The translations under genes and the position numbers were made by a program. Below the pieces are notes generated by a model. The model was not told where the DNA came from. It made no database searches and saw only the letters and a list, made by a program, of their open reading frames with translations. A stretch of 62,997 nt of DNA, counting the filler, from Hyphochytrium catenoides (lineage: Eukaryota; Protista; Hyphochytriomycota): the NCBI GenBank assembly GCA_900088475.1. It is 6 parts of 6 records of this genome, joined end to end, with 100 filler letters (N's around TTAATTAATTAA, not from the genome) between each part and the next. Parts side by side here need not be neighbours in the genome. Positions count along the whole stretch, not along the records: positions 1 to 18,804 come from FLMG01001369.1; positions 18,905 to 34,392 come from FLMG01001944.1; 4 more parts are not named here. One strand, given 5' to 3'. Positions within the stretch are counted from its first letter, which is position 1, and every line of letters begins with the position of its first letter. Below are positions 12,769-26,005 of this stretch, in pieces.

Positions 12769-13634
12769 CAGACAGACAGACAAACAGAGAGAAAGGAAGA
12801 GGGAGAAGAAGACATCTGACTGTATGGGTCCATAGATTATTAGTAATATTATGGAGCTGGGGAAGACGCTGAGGCGGCATCCAGGAGAGGTCATCGTCCC
12901 GTTCTTTNNNNNNNNNNNNNNNNNNNNTCTCTCTCTCTCTCTCTCTCTCTCTCTTTTCTCTCTCTCTTCTCTCTCGCTCTTTCTGTCTCTGTTTGCTCTC
13001 TCTAAAACTTCTCTCGCACTTCTCTCTCTCTGTTTCTCTCTCTCCCCCCCCCTCTCTCTCTTCTCCCTCTCTCTTTTCCTCTCGCGCGCTCGCTCTACCC
13101 ATTTGTCTTTTCTTCCTCCTCTCTGTCATGTCATGTTACCACTCTTCCGCTCCCGACTTTATTCCTTCTCTTTCCTTTTCTGATCCCGTCTCTCTCTCTC
13201 TCTGTCTCTCTCTTTCTCTCTCTCTCTCTCTTTCTGTCTCTCTCTTCCTAGCTTTCGAGGACTCCGTCAACACCTTCGCCCAGCGCATTATGCGGCGGGC
13301 GATTGAGAAGAAAGAAGAGCAAAAGAAAGCAGCCGACGCCGCAGGAAGAGAGAGAGAGAGAGACGATGAAGAGGAAGAGAACTATGTAGATCTCTCTTCT
13401 CTCCCTCGGGAAGAGAGACTGGGCCCTGGCGGTCTTGACCCGTTAGAAGTCTTTGAGTCTCTTCCTCCCGTTCTTCAGGAAGCTTTCCAGTCTCAGGATG
13501 TGGAAGAGTTGCAACGTGCTCTCTCTTCTCTCTCTCCCCAGGACGCTTCTCTCCATCTTCAGCGCTGTATTGATGCTGGACTTTGGGTGCCAGGGGGAGA
13601 GAAAGAGGGAGGAGCTGAGAAAGAGGAAAGCTGA
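10609..13634 (+). CDS. CDC37: Hsp90 co-chaperone Cdc37
   Basis: Exons 10609-10653 (MASKGFDYSKWDKIE), 10734-10796 (LSDDEDEVPQFIEKNTWFRLK), 11254-11298, 11594-11999 (KWNADNI), gap-12453 (EHASGYLLL), 12836-gap, 13252-13634 (RLGPGGLDPLEVFESLP...LQRCIDAGLWVP). The N- and C-terminal Cdc37 signatures are diagnostic, including the CK2-site SDDE. Confidence 0.95.
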
Positions 13635-13649
13635 GTAAAATTGGGCGGC

Positions 13650-13704
<55 letters not shown>

Positions 13705-13805
13705 AGGAGGAGAAAAGAAATTAACTCAAACACTTGTTGATGTACCAGGACGTAGCCAGGTAATATAGAAAATTGCCTGAGGAAACAGGTGGGATGGCCG
13801 AAGAG

Positions 13806-13839
<34 letters not shown>

Positions 13840-14145
13840 AACTGTGCAGAGGAGATATACAATAAAGAACAAAATAAGAAATAAAAGAGAAAAACTTGAG
13901 TTATGTTTCTAAGGACATGATCTACCAATATTCTCTCTTCGAAGAACAAAAGGTGTAGGAGGGACAACATTCGAGGAAAGAAAGAGAGAGAGAACACTCT
14001 CTCTGTCACGCCTTTCTTTAATATTACTTTTAGAAAAATAAAGAAGATCCACACCCATCAAAGCGCGAGATAGAGAAAGAGAAGAACGAAGTTGCAAGCT
14101 TCCCCGCTCTGTCTTCTCCCTCCTCTCTTTCTAAGGAAAAAGAAG

Positions 14146-14176
<31 letters not shown>

Positions 14177-14204
14177 AAGAACTGCATGCAGAAAGTGAAT
14201 TCCT

Positions 14205-15632
14205 TTAAAGAGCAAGCTGGTACTTGGATGAATACTCCTTAAAGACCTCGAGCTTCTCTGCCTCGATAAAATTCTGGTCCAGGCCCAGAAACTTTAAACT
14301 CGTCAAACGCTTAGAGGCAAGCACCGCTGCGAACATTTCCGCTGAAGTATTCGCAAGAATATTTCCTCCAAGACAGATCTCCTCCAGGACCTGGTTAGAC
14401 CTCGCGCTGAGGACGCCGGCGATGGCGCTGCCTCCGCTCTCTCCGATGAAGTTTCTTCTCAGATCCAAGCGTCTGAGGCTGTGCGAGAAAGAAGAGAGAA
14501 GATAGTCTGCCACGTCAAAGGCTCCTGCATCGCTAATGGTGTTGCCTCCAATGGCTAGCTCCTGAAGAACGGGGCATCCTCCCGCTTTGAGAGAAGAGAG
14601 AAGGCAATTGATCCCATTGATCTTAGTGGTATTGACAAACAGAGAAGAAAGACGAAGAGACTGGAGCTGAGGCCAGCATTTAGCTGCAATGCCAAGAGAG
14701 AGATCTCTGATGGTGCTCTCCCCCACGTTGGAGCAATGAAAGGGGAGCTGTGGACAACCGGTGGCGAGCAGAGACGGAGAGAGAGAGAGAGAAGACGCCG
14801 GTAGCTCCGGATTGTACACTTCCAACCGTAAAAGGCCGTTATATTTCGCGAGGACGCCGCCCGGCCGCTGACTAGCCGCTAACAGGCGTCCAAGCCGATC
14901 AGAACTGACCGTTACCGACTTCACACAGCGTGGAATAAATAGTAGGGAAAAGCGGTTGAGCGCTTCGAGGGCAACGGCGTCCGAGAGAGAGAGAAAAGAG
15001 AGAACATGAGAGACAATGTCTTCCCTGTTTCCTAAGAACATGTGTGAGGCAAGGAGAGAGGCAGCGGTCTGGACGGGGAGACTGTCATAATCTTCACTCT
15101 CTTCTCCTTCTGAGGAAGACTGTGAAGCTCCAGAGAGAGACCTGCGTCTCTTCGCATCTGAAAGAGGAGAGAGAGAAGCACTTTCTTCTCTCTCTCTCTT
15201 CCCCACAACCATTCTCATCTCTGTCTCTTCCCCAGTTCTATTATGCAGGCCTTGCCGATGTAAGGTAAGCACAAGGCATTGAACTCTCCTCTTCAGCGTC
15301 TTCGGATTTGAATATTCAGAGAGAGACGCGGCGCGGATGTAGAGAGAAAGCTCGATTCTTCTCACAAGTCCAGGAAGTTTCTCTGCCCATTTCTCTTCAG
15401 AGACAGAGAGACCATTTCTATGGCGCATCAGGGTCATAAGGCGGCGCATCATATTTCGTCTCTCTCCTAAATCTTCAGGACTTTGCCAGGAAGAGACAGG
15501 GTTTCTGCACTCTGCAACCCTCGTAAAGTCAGGGAAAAGCTTCATATTGCTGTCAGACAGAGAGAGAGAGAGAGAAGAGACTGAAGAAAAAGAAGAGAGA
15601 GAAGAGAGAGAATTGTTGTCAAGAAGTGACAT
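14205..15632 (-). CDS. Intronless KIX-domain + F-box-like + RNI-type LRR protein
   Basis: Single ORF with ATG at 15632 (alternative ATG at MKLFPDF). WQSPEDLGERRNMMRRL..WAEKLPGLVRRIELSLYIRAASLSEYSNPKTLKRRVQCL resembles Med15/CBP-type KIX. EDIVSHVLSFLSLSDAVALEALNR is F-box-like. The C-terminus has LxxLxLxxNxIxxxG repeats. Confidence 0.8.
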   Translation of the reverse strand: MSLLDNNSLSSLSSFSSVSSLSLSLSDSNMKLFPDFTRVAECRNPVSSWQSPEDLGERRNMMRRLMTLMRHRNGLSVSEEKWAEKLPGLVRRIELSLYIRAASLSEYSNPKTLKRRVQCLVLTLHRQGLHNRTGEETEMRMVVGKREREESASLSPLSDAKRRRSLSGASQSSSEGEESEDYDSLPVQTAASLLASHMFLGNREDIVSHVLSFLSLSDAVALEALNRFSLLFIPRCVKSVTVSSDRLGRLLAASQRPGGVLAKYNGLLRLEVYNPELPASSLSLSPSLLATGCPQLPFHCSNVGESTIRDLSLGIAAKCWPQLQSLRLSSLFVNTTKINGINCLLSSLKAGGCPVLQELAIGGNTISDAGAFDVADYLLSSFSHSLRRLDLRRNFIGESGGSAIAGVLSARSNQVLEEICLGGNILANTSAEMFAAVLASKRLTSLKFLGLDQNFIEAEKLEVFKEYSSKYQLAL

Positions 15633-16606
15633 TGTCTCCCCCTTTTTTCTTTCTTCTGTGCCTTTTACCAAGTGTGTCTCTCTCGTTGGTTTCTCTCTCT
15701 TCTCTAGGTTTTCTTCTTTCTCTCTTGCCTTGGCGGCCAGGGAAGGAGAGAGGGAGAGAAACGAAGTGATCTATTCGCGAAGAGACAAAAAAGAGAATGA
15801 AAGAGGAGGAGAGATAGAAGAGACTTGCTTGCTGCGCAGAGAAAGGAGAGAGAGAGAGAAAGAGACCCGCTCCCCTTGTTGTTCGCTGAAGCAGAGAGTT
15901 GGGCTCTTTGCTGCAGGCAGGGAAGTTAGATTATTGACGAAAAATGAGGAGCAAGAGCAGGAAGAGACAATGCGTGAGGGTGGGGGAAACAAAAGGGCAA
16001 AAGAGATTGTGGCGGCTATGGACGCTCTCTCTCTCTCTCTCTCTTCCTCTCTCTCTCTCCCGTCGGACTGGATCTGGAAGCGGCAGAACGCAGCAAATGG
16101 GACTGACGGGGAGAAAGTCCAAAGACAGAGGGGAATTGGAGAGACCCAATAAAGAGAAAAACAGAGAGAGAGAGAGAGGGAGAAAGAGAGAGACGAGGTC
16201 CTGCAGATGGCTTGTTGCTCTGCCTGAGCCCAAATGAAGCCNNNNNNNNNNNNNNNNNNNNNNNNNNNNNNNNNNNNNNNNNNNNNNNNNNNNNNNNNNN
16301 NNNNNNNNNNNNNNNNNNNAGAGAGAGAGAGAGAGAAAGTTGCCTTCAGTTTTATTACTGCTCTGCTCAGAGAGAGGCAGCCATCAGACCGCTTTATTCA
16401 GAACCTACCCGCCCCGTGGTAATGACAGGTCAAAGTAGCTTCCCACCCGCTGGGAGAGAGAGGACCTCAAGCCTAACACTTTTATTACTCAGATCTGTAG
16501 TAGTCTCTCTTTTGGTATCTCCCTCTCTCTCTCTCTCTCTTTCTCTCTTCCATCTCACTCCACTCAGACAACTGATCTTTCTGATACTCTGTTCTGTGTC
16601 AACGTG

Positions 16607-16674
<68 letters not shown>

Positions 16675-18747
16675 TTCTGTCTCTCTCTCTCTCTCTCTCT
16701 TTCTCCTTCTCTCTCTTTGGGATCTAGGAAAATTATTCGCAAAGTTCTATTTCCCACTCTTTCCATATTCGAACAAACTGAAAACTTGCTCGTAAGGAAT
16801 AAACAACTGACAAAAAACGCATTTGGAAAGAATACCTAGAAAGTAAACTTGAAAGATTCAAGATGGGTGGGATGTACGACGGGCCTATTTTACCCCTTGA
16901 AAAATGCGAAAGAAGGAGCATCGATGGAGGGAAAGCTCTTCATCGAAGCTTTTTTACTGTAACTGATACCTAAACCTAAACCGCCCAACCCAAACTTCAG
17001 AGAAAGCAGGTAAACGCCCTTTCTTCATTACCTTCGGGAACTCCTACGTAAAATCGGTTACACACTCTAAAGTGGCCATTGTGCCTCATTCAACGAAACT
17101 TCAACATGTCGACGAACCTTCGGGGAAATTTCTTTTCGGTAGTTGTATTTGGGCACTGTCCAAGGTTTTGATTGGGGTCCAAAACGCTGGAGCTCTAAAA
17201 GATTCTCCGCCAGTGGTCCAAACGAGAAGTGAAGTGGAGGTTCGCATGGATAGACCTGCCCCTCAAAACCCTTGCTGCATTATTTAGTGGGACTATAGGG
17301 GCGGCTGGGTGGGACAAGTGGGGAATATCTTGGCAGGGGCACCGATGTTGATACATGTCTACGACATAAAAGAGAGAAGTGGAAGAAAAAGAAAAGTCTT
17401 CCAAGCTCTTTTCTTTGTAGAACGACAGGCTTTGTGAGGCCAAAGGCATGGAGACTTTTGGAGCATCATCCCTCTTTGTTTATTAACAATGGAGGCTCTC
17501 CATCATCGCGTCGCTCTCACTACTAAACGCAGTCTTGAGGAATAGGTCTAAGAGCAGTCCTCAGAATCTTACCCCAGATAGACCTCAGGTCTGCGGACGA
17601 CAGGACTGGACGAGGAAGCTACAGCGTACAAGAGGCAGGACTAAGGGTCCAAGGCCAACCCACTCAGATTCTGAAGTCTTAGGTCCGGCGATTCGTCCTT
17701 GTAGGGTTAGGTCTGATATAACTTGTGCACTAATCTTTTATCACCAAAGGTCAGCCATCACGGCGCACCTCCTCTCTTCCCGTCTGCTCTGTTCTTCTCA
17801 CTTCCTCATCAGTGTGTCCAGTGCAATGTTTTGATCGGACCAGGTGAGAAAAGAAGGGGATGATGAAATAGAGGAAGGAGAGATGATGGCATCCGCTGAA
17901 CAAGAGGTGTTGGCTAGCGTAACGGTCAGCTGCACAGTGCACTTTATTTTGTTATCTACACAGGATGGGTGGGCGGCCAGCGAAGTAACTATGTATTAAT
18001 GGTCTGGAACGGGTGGATAGGGCCCGCTTTGAGAACCTAAGAACCAAACCACAATCAAAAGGACAAATTGTAAAGGTAATCAAAATGCATATGACATATG
18101 ATAATCATTGAACTTCAATGGGACACAAGGCATACAAACACTACCTATAAAACCATTAGCATCTATCCACTGATAATCAGGCCAGTGATCCTGAGAGGTC
18201 CAGGAGGAGACCTGAGAGGACATGCTACTCTATCGATACTTTACAATAGAACTGAGTACCAATAGCCCCAACAAGAGAAGCGAAACCTACCTACCTCGTA
18301 TCTCTCTCTCTCTCTCNNNNNNNNNNNNNNNNNNNNNNNNNNNNNNNNTCTCTCTCTCTCTCTCTCTCTTTCCCTCTCTCTCTTTCTCTCTCTCTCTTTC
18401 TCTCGCTCTATCTCTCTCTCTCTGCCTTTCTGTCTCTGTCGCTGTCTCTCTGTCTCTCCTCTGTCCCTGTCTCTCTATCCCTCTGCCCACTCTCTCTGCC
18501 TGCTCTCTCTCTCTCTTTCTGTCTTTTCTCTCTGTCTTTCTTTCTCTCTCTCGTTCTACACCTCACCCAGTTTCTCTCTCGGCTCTGGCTTTTTCTCTCC
18601 TCCTCTGCCTACCTACAGGAGAAGTTTCTCTTTTTTCCGGCTCTCTTCCTCCTTCGACACAGCAACTTTTCGGTCAACAAACCACGAATAGAGTAATAAT
18701 AGCAAGGTAACGGTAATTCTCTTTTCTCGTTCTCTCGTTCCCTCTCT

Positions 18748-18802
<55 letters not shown>

Positions 18803-18804
18803 CG

Positions 18805-18904
18805 NNNNNNNNNNNNNNNNNNNNNNNNNNNNNNNNNNNNNNNNNNNNTTAATTAATTAANNNNNNNNNNNNNNNNNNNNNNNNNNNNNNNNNNNNNNNN
18901 NNNN
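18805..18904. other. Artificial contig-join spacer
   Basis: 44 N + TTAATTAATTAA (stops in all six frames) + 44 N; an identical spacer occurs five times. Confidence 0.97.
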
Positions 18905-21247
18905 CACCAGCCATTTTGATTGGAAACGAGACAGAGAGCCAGATGGAACAAGAGCTACACTCAAGGGAGCTAGATCAGCAATAGAGAACAATATCCCGTT
19001 CAAGAACTATTAGGAAAGTTTAGACAGAGTGACGAATAAAGATAGGATCTCGAGACAGAGATGAAGCTTGAAGTGACAAGGGCTGCACAGCAAGTGAGAC
19101 CATCACTGGACTGATGAGAGAGTAGTGTCAGAAGGAAAGGACCATCCCTTGCCAAGACAAAATGCGTTCGTATAGTGAACGAGAAGCCACCAACTGCATT
19201 TTCTTGACCTGCCATTGTTTGGATTCGGAATAGAGAGGGCGACATTCTCTAAAAGTGGTAGCTAATTCTTACCCTATTTATCATAATGTCTCTTCCTCTG
19301 TAACATTTAGGGCAGGCTCGCAGTGAAAAGTAGTAATAGCGTTCTGTTCCATTTGTGATGTAGAATGTTCACCAGTGAGAATAATATGGCATAGCCTAGC
19401 AACCTTTGCGGCAAACTGTACCAAATACGTTGTCCATAGGTCCCGCTCTATTTCTACCCTTGAGGATCAGTCTCATTGATAACCAAAGGCTCAGGGGATA
19501 TGATTCAACAAAGAATTGATCTGCTGTCAGTGATTTTCTTCCTGTGGATATCTGATAAAAGCTTCATGGAGATTTATCAGATGATCTCTATTATTGAAGA
19601 GCTGATGAACTTTAGAGCTTCATAGGAAGACGAGAAGCGGATGAGTAGACAACACTTTGATAAAGAAGGGTAGATAGTAAGGCTTCTTAGGTTTCCTTCA
19701 AAGAAGAAGCATGATGATGGCTTTTTGGCGATTGTTCATATTATTACTACTGTATATAATAGTTGTTTCAGGGGGACGCACCACCGCATAAAAAAAGGAT
19801 TTCTTTCAGAGACGATGGACCGATTACACTAAGAGCAGCAACAAGAGCGTCGTCTTCCTGACGGACCCACATAACAGGTGAAGCACCAAGTGCGGAAGAT
19901 AACAACGGCCGCCACCACATGTACAACGCAGAACTTCCCACAAGAATAAAGTTTGTTGATGATGATGATGTACATTAGTAGAATTTATGGGTAAGGGGAG
20001 TCTTCGAAAGCATCATTGTCTAGTGAAAGGCTCAAAGGACAAGAAGACGGAGAAGAGTGATAAGTGGACGGAGAGAAGAGAAATCACAGACGGGACGACG
20101 TCATTAGCGACCCTGCCGCACAATAGAAGAAGAGAGCGAGCTTAGCTTGTTGGCGCATGATGACCCAAAGAAGAACGCCATCAACACTGTGTCTTCGCTC
20201 CCTTCAGAGCAGCAGGAGCGGTGGCAGACAAGGGGCAGAACTCTCCAAGGTGGCGGTGTCAATGTAACCTCATCGGAGGCCTCACCGCCCATACATACAG
20301 CCATCGAGAAAAGCAAATGATGATTTCGAGTTGTTTCAATAACTATCACCACCATGATCGCAATCTGTTCCTCTTCTTCGTACCTGCTGGAGTGCTAATA
20401 AACAATCATTATTATTGCTGCTCCTTAAACGCGTCTTCAAAAAGAAATTTTAGTTCTTACGACAAGAGGCAAGAAGAAGACCATGGAAGTATAAACTATT
20501 ATCCTCTTGAAGCAAGAAGTGGCAGCAACAGCACGACAGCCCTACTCTTTTTCCTCATTATTGCTTTCTCTCTACTTAGCAGAGACCAACAGCACCACGG
20601 AAGGAGAAAAACTACTGCCTCTTCTCTTCAGTCATATCGGATGAGGTTATTGAGAGAGAGAGAAGCGCAATGATCCTCTTCTTATGCTACTTCTTTTGCT
20701 ATTTCTTTTGTTGTTGCTGATGGTTGTTGAATGATCATCTTTCTTCAGCACTATTAGCCAGCACGTGCGCCGTACTAACCTCTTTTTGGTGATGAGGTTG
20801 TTGGGTTAGACGATGACTTCCTCTTTCTTGCCTTAGCTAAACTCAGTCTTCTCTCTCTTTTTCCTCCCACCTTGGCTTTTTTTGTCGTTGGCTTCCATGA
20901 CGAGGTACGCGGACGCTTGTGACGACCATCATCGCTGCTCATCATCATAAGGTTACTACTAATGGAGGAACACTACTCTTCGTTGACCTTACATTATTAG
21001 AAGACGATAGCACTTATCTTTTTGGAAATAGAAGAACCATTGTTATGTTCCCAAGAGGAGAAAGAGAGAAGAAACAAGAGAGAGAGAGAGAGAGAGAAAG
21101 AGAGTGAGTGTGTGAGAGAGAAAGAGAGAAAGAGAGAGAGAGAGAGTGAGAGTGAGTGTGTGTGAGAGAGAGAGAGAGAGAAAGAGAGAGAAAGAAAAGA
21201 CAGAGAAAGAGAGAGAGGAGAGAGATAGAGAGAGAGAGAGAAAGAAA

Positions 21248-21280
<33 letters not shown>

Positions 21281-22603
21281 AAGAGAAAGAGAAAGAAAGA
21301 AAGAGAGAGAGAGAGAGAGTGAGAGAAGAAAGAGCAGAGGGTCAACAACGATTGACAAGAAGCTAGGGAGTAGTGGGTAGGTATGTCTGCCCTCCCTCCT
21401 TCGCTGTCTCCACTACTATACTCCACACCTTCTTGGTCATAGAGATGCCGACGAGGCGAGCTGACGATCAGTTGACAGGAAGAAGAAGAAAGGCGGTTCT
21501 TCTCTTGATCAACCTCCTTCCGCCGTGGGTCCTTCTTCCCTTGTTATATCAGTGGAAGAATACGGTTCTTGAAAGAGTTCTGTTCTGCTGTCCTTTCCTT
21601 CTTAAGGTTTCATGTCTTCCTATCTTTATTATGGTCATATCATCTTTCTTCTTTTGCTCTTTCTTCCCTTCTTTCTTCGTTTTCTCTTGCTTCCTCTCTC
21701 TTTCTTCTCCTCTTTGTCTTTTTCGTCTTCTTTTGCCACTACTGCTGTGGCTCTCACATCGTTACTCTTGACGTCGGACTAATAATGAAAAGCGAATGCG
21801 GAGATATATCAAAACTTCTATTAGACAGAAGAAGAGAATGGAGTTCTGAGTTGGAGAAGACGGAAGATAGAGGATTGGAAGACGAGGCAAAGGTAAACAA
21901 GAGCTGGACGGTGAGAAGGCAGAAAGAAGAGAGAGATAGTTAGGGAAGAAAGATCAGAAATAGAGATAGATAGAGAGGTTTAATGGAGTAAGATAGGAAA
22001 GAACACATGAGAGAGAGAGAGAGAGAAAGAGTTAGACAAACTTTAGAGAGAAGAGAAAGAAAGAAAAAAGGGAAGTGGCATCATCATGAGACCAACAAAT
22101 ATAGAGAGAGGGACGATAACAACGAAAGAAGATAGAGCAGGGTGGAAAAACAGAAGAGACCATGCTTCCCACTGAAGATAAAAGAAGAAACTGCGAGAGA
22201 GAGAGGAAGAGAAGGCAGAGGTAGATGAGGAGAGAGACACCAGAGTGTTCACTAGATAGATACGTTAGAAAGCCGACATTCTTTATTCTTTGCCTTAACA
22301 ACTTTGCCAGACAGTGGGTAAGTGGCATAGAGAAAATGAACAAGAGAGGAAAAGAAAAGAATTAACATTCTTCTTTTCCTCCATAGATATACACAGAGCT
22401 CCCGCACGTGCTCCTCCTCTATTTGCGCTTTTCTTCTGTTCGTTAGAGACAGGAAGCGCCTAGCAGTGAACTATTGATCAGGAGAAGAGGAGGAGAGAAA
22501 GAGAAAGCGAGAGACAGACGCGATAGGGTTGTTAAACTCTTTCCATAAACTCTCTCTCTCTCTCTCTCTGTTCTCTCTCTCTCTTCTCTCAAAACTAACC
22601 TTT

Positions 22604-24257
22604 CTAGATCTCCCATATCTCCGCTTCATCCACACTAACATTGTCTTCTTCCTCGAGCGGAGGAGAGAGACGCCTAGCAAGAGGAAAAGTGCTGAACCTT
22701 CTCTCTTCTCCTCCTCCGTTGGCCGCTTGAGTCCCTGACGGAGGAGAGCGGAGCTGATAAAATCCACCAACAGCAGGAGAGGTATCTCTCGCGATTGTTG
22801 ACGCTCTATTTCTACCCATATCCACACTCTGTCTCGCAGGCTCTATTCCATGGAGAAGCGCATCTTCGTCTCCTCTTCCTCCTTCACTACTGGCTCCACT
22901 CTCTCCCCCTTGAGAGTGAGAAGAGAAAGGCGTGGAAGGCCCCACAACATAGTTTCCTTCTCTCTCTTCCCTTGCCCAGCCGTCTCTCCTGAGAGAAGAA
23001 GGATTGCCAGCTCCAATATAATAGACATCAGGGTTGAATTCCCCGTCATTATGATCGCCAGAGTCCGACNNNNNNNNNNNNNNNNNNNNNNNNNNNNNNN
23101 NNNNNNNNNNNNNNNNNNNNCGATCGCGTCGCCAGCCGTTTAGCCTCAGATCTATGCTCTCGGGAGCTTCGGATGTTGAGCAAGGTGGTTAAAATACCGA
23201 TTAGAGCGACCAGTGTCCCGGCCACGGAACAGACGATAATCACCGTCCGAGAAGAAGAAGAGGAAGAAGATTTCTCTCCTGGTGCTGTCTCTCCCTTGTC
23301 TCCTCCAGACCCTGTCTCTCCCGTAGGACGGTCATTAATGTCTCCATTCTTTCCCGCTTCGACGCCTGGCTCCTGAACATTGGGATCTGGACCATTATCA
23401 CCGCCAGGGGAAGAGGGAGAAGAAGAAGAGGGAGAAGGAGGAGACGAAGATCCATTCTCTCCCTTTCCGTTCTCTCCCTCTCCTTTCCCCTTGTCATGAA
23501 TAGACGTAGGCGCAATGAATGTCCCTTCGTCTTTCTCTCCCTCGGTAGGTTCTGGAGCTGGGATTGCCCTGGTGGTGGTCGGAGCAGGAGTTGGGAGAGA
23601 AACTGAAGGAGGAGAAGGCGTTGGCGTTGGGGGAGAGACAACGGGAGGAAGAGATGGTGGAGGAGAGACAGGAGATGGAGAGACAGGAGGAGGAGAGACT
23701 GGAGGCGGAGAGACAGGGGGAGGAGAGACAGGAGGAGGAGAGACTGGAGGAGGAGGAGACGGGGGAGGAGGAGAGACTGGAGGAGGAGACGGTGTCGGTG
23801 GAGGCGGCGAAGGAGAAGGAAGAGGTGCAGGCGTGGGCGCTGGGGTAGGAGGAGGAGAGGGAGGCGGCGAAGGATCAGGTGTTGGCGCTGGCGGCGTAGG
23901 AAGAGGCGTAGGAGAAGGAGTGGGCGGAGCCGGCGAAGGAGCGGGCGTCGGGGATGCTGGTTCAGGCGTAGGAAGAGGCGTTGGAAGGGGAGAAGGAGAG
24001 GGAGGAAGAGGACTGGGCTGTTCCGTGCCATTTCCCTCTTGAAGTGCTCTTCTTATCGCTTCTCTCTCTCTCTTTGTCGTCTCTTCTCTCCAAGATCGAA
24101 GCTTTCTTCCTCTGAAGACCAGAGCTGGAGAAGGAGAGGAAGTAGAGAAGAGAGAAGAAGAGAGAGAAGAGGTGTCTTCCTGGGCACCTGTTGAGAGAGC
24201 CAGAAGACTTAGGAGAGATATGAACAGTGAGGAGGAAGAGAGACGAAGTGTAGCCAT
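22604..24257 (-). CDS. Pro-rich (mucin/extensin-like) single-pass type-I membrane protein A
   Basis: ATG at 24257. Signal peptide MATLRLSSSSLFISLLSLLALSTGA, then (P/S/T)P and PPPVS repeats, then TM TVIIVCSVAGTLVALIGILTTLLNI followed by basic residues. After the N gap (23070-23120) an open frame SDSGDHNDGEFNPDVYYIG... runs to a stop at 22604. Confidence 0.8.
23630..23790 (-). repeat. Coding 15-bp minisatellite (PPPVS)n
   Basis: GGAGGAGAGAC(A/T)GGA-type units on the + strand, about 8 copies, in frame within protein A. Confidence 0.85.
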
Positions 24258-24854
24258 TGCCTCTTCTTCTCTCTCTCTTCTCTCTCTCTTTCTATGGTAA
24301 GTGTTCTTCCAGCGGGAGACTCTTTTTTCTCTTCCAGTCCGAGAGAAGAGAAGAGAAAGTAGCTTGTCTCTTTCAAACGCGCCAAATGATAAGAGAGAGG
24401 AGGGAACTGTTTCCGGAGAAGAGCTGTGCACCTTGTTCTCTTTCTTTCTTTCTCTCTGTCTCCTTTTAAGGAGATTCCGCTTCGTCTGCAATCTGAGATC
24501 TCTTTTCTTGAGTCTTCACAATGAGAAATGCCATCCGTAAGAGAGAAAGAGAGACAGAAAGAGAAAGAGAGAAAAAGAAAGAAAAAGAAGAGGCTGAGGG
24601 GAGAGGTAAAGATAGAGATTCTTCCTCGTCTTTTCGCCGATGATTTTGTGCGATGTAGTCACTGGCGAACGGGTCGGAAAATGCTGATACGGGGGCAGCG
24701 GAGAGGACAAGAGAGAGAGAGATGATGGAGGGAGGGGAGAGAGAGAGAGAGAGAGCAAAAAGGTGAGCCTACGAGGCCAAAGGACGCAAGATGCTTGTGC
24801 AGTGCGAGAAAGGATGCTCCTAGGAAATGGAACAAGAGACAGAGCGTAAGATGA

Positions 24855-24885
<31 letters not shown>

Positions 24886-25360
24886 AGAAGAGAGAGATAA
24901 GCGCAAGGTGTGGCGCTCCTCTTGAATTCTTTTCCTTCTCCCACAGCGCCGCGAGCGGTGGCGTTGTGATCTTCTCTTCTCTCTTTTTCGTGCTGTGACC
25001 GGTCAGCTGCTTGTGGGCGAGCAGTGAGGTCTGCGCCACGCAGCGCGGCCCAGGAGCCTGAGCAGCGGTGAGCGTGGAAGAGGAAATTGATGGAGAGAGA
25101 ACAGAGAAGGAAGAGAGAGAGAAAGAAGAGAGGTAACAAGAGGAGGAAGCAGAAGAGAGAGCGGAAGAATGAGAGCAAGAATTGCATCATCAAGAGAAGA
25201 GAGCAGCAGGTGGCTGAAGCGCAAAAAACAATGCCTCCTGTCTCTCTCTCTCTCTTCCTTTCTCTCTTTCTACTCCTCACTTTGTGTCCTTGTCTTAGGG
25301 AAGCCTCTCTCTTTCTGTCTCTCTTCATTTATCCTCCCTCCCCTGCTCTCTATCAGGTGT

Positions 25361-25409
<49 letters not shown>

Positions 25410-25951
25410 ATCAACAAGAACACACATCATGGCCCCAGCACAGCGGTTCGTATCTTACCTAAACATAAGCCGCCTAACATTCTCTAATGTTCTCTCTAGC
25501 ATAACCAACGCCATAGCTAGTACTAGAAACTGCGCTCTGTCTTGAGGCTCATTGGCAGTAACATTAACATTATCTTTAAAATACACTAGGCTATATATCT
25601 CTATGATCCCTAACATTCGCCGGGGTGTGGAAGGTCATAAGCTCTGGATTTCCTGTTACAAAAGTGCTTGTGAGAGAGTGAGAGAGTGAGAGAAAGAGAG
25701 AGAGAGAGAGGGAGAGAGAGAGAGAGAGAGAGGAGGGAAGGGGGGAGAGGGGAGGAGTGAGTGAGTGAGAGAGAGAGAGAGAGAGAGGATGAAGAAGAAG
25801 AGGGAACCGGAGCAAAAGACGGAACAACACTCCCAACACTGATGTAAAAACTGCAGAGACAAGACGAAGTGAGAGGAAGCGCACCATAGAAAGCGAGAAG
25901 GAGCTAGAACGAGAGGAGAAAGACAAATGTACCAAGAGAGAAAGGAGAGAT

Positions 25952-26005
<54 letters not shown>

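Noticed and set aside
16965-16996. Telomere-like CCTAAA words (also 57015-57040)
   Set aside because: Only two or three imperfect units, not an array.
18849-18860. TTAATTAATTAA as a biological palindrome or piggyBac-type site
   Set aside because: It is always centred in exactly 44+44 N, so it is a synthetic linker.
18905-19640. AT-richer tract resembling a retroelement remnant
   Set aside because: No recognisable RT, RNase H, integrase or zinc-finger motif in the frames I translated.
23515-24042. Gly-rich + strand ORF (also 29877-30527)
   Set aside because: Antisense shadows of the Pro-rich genes. The signal peptide and TM are on the minus strand.
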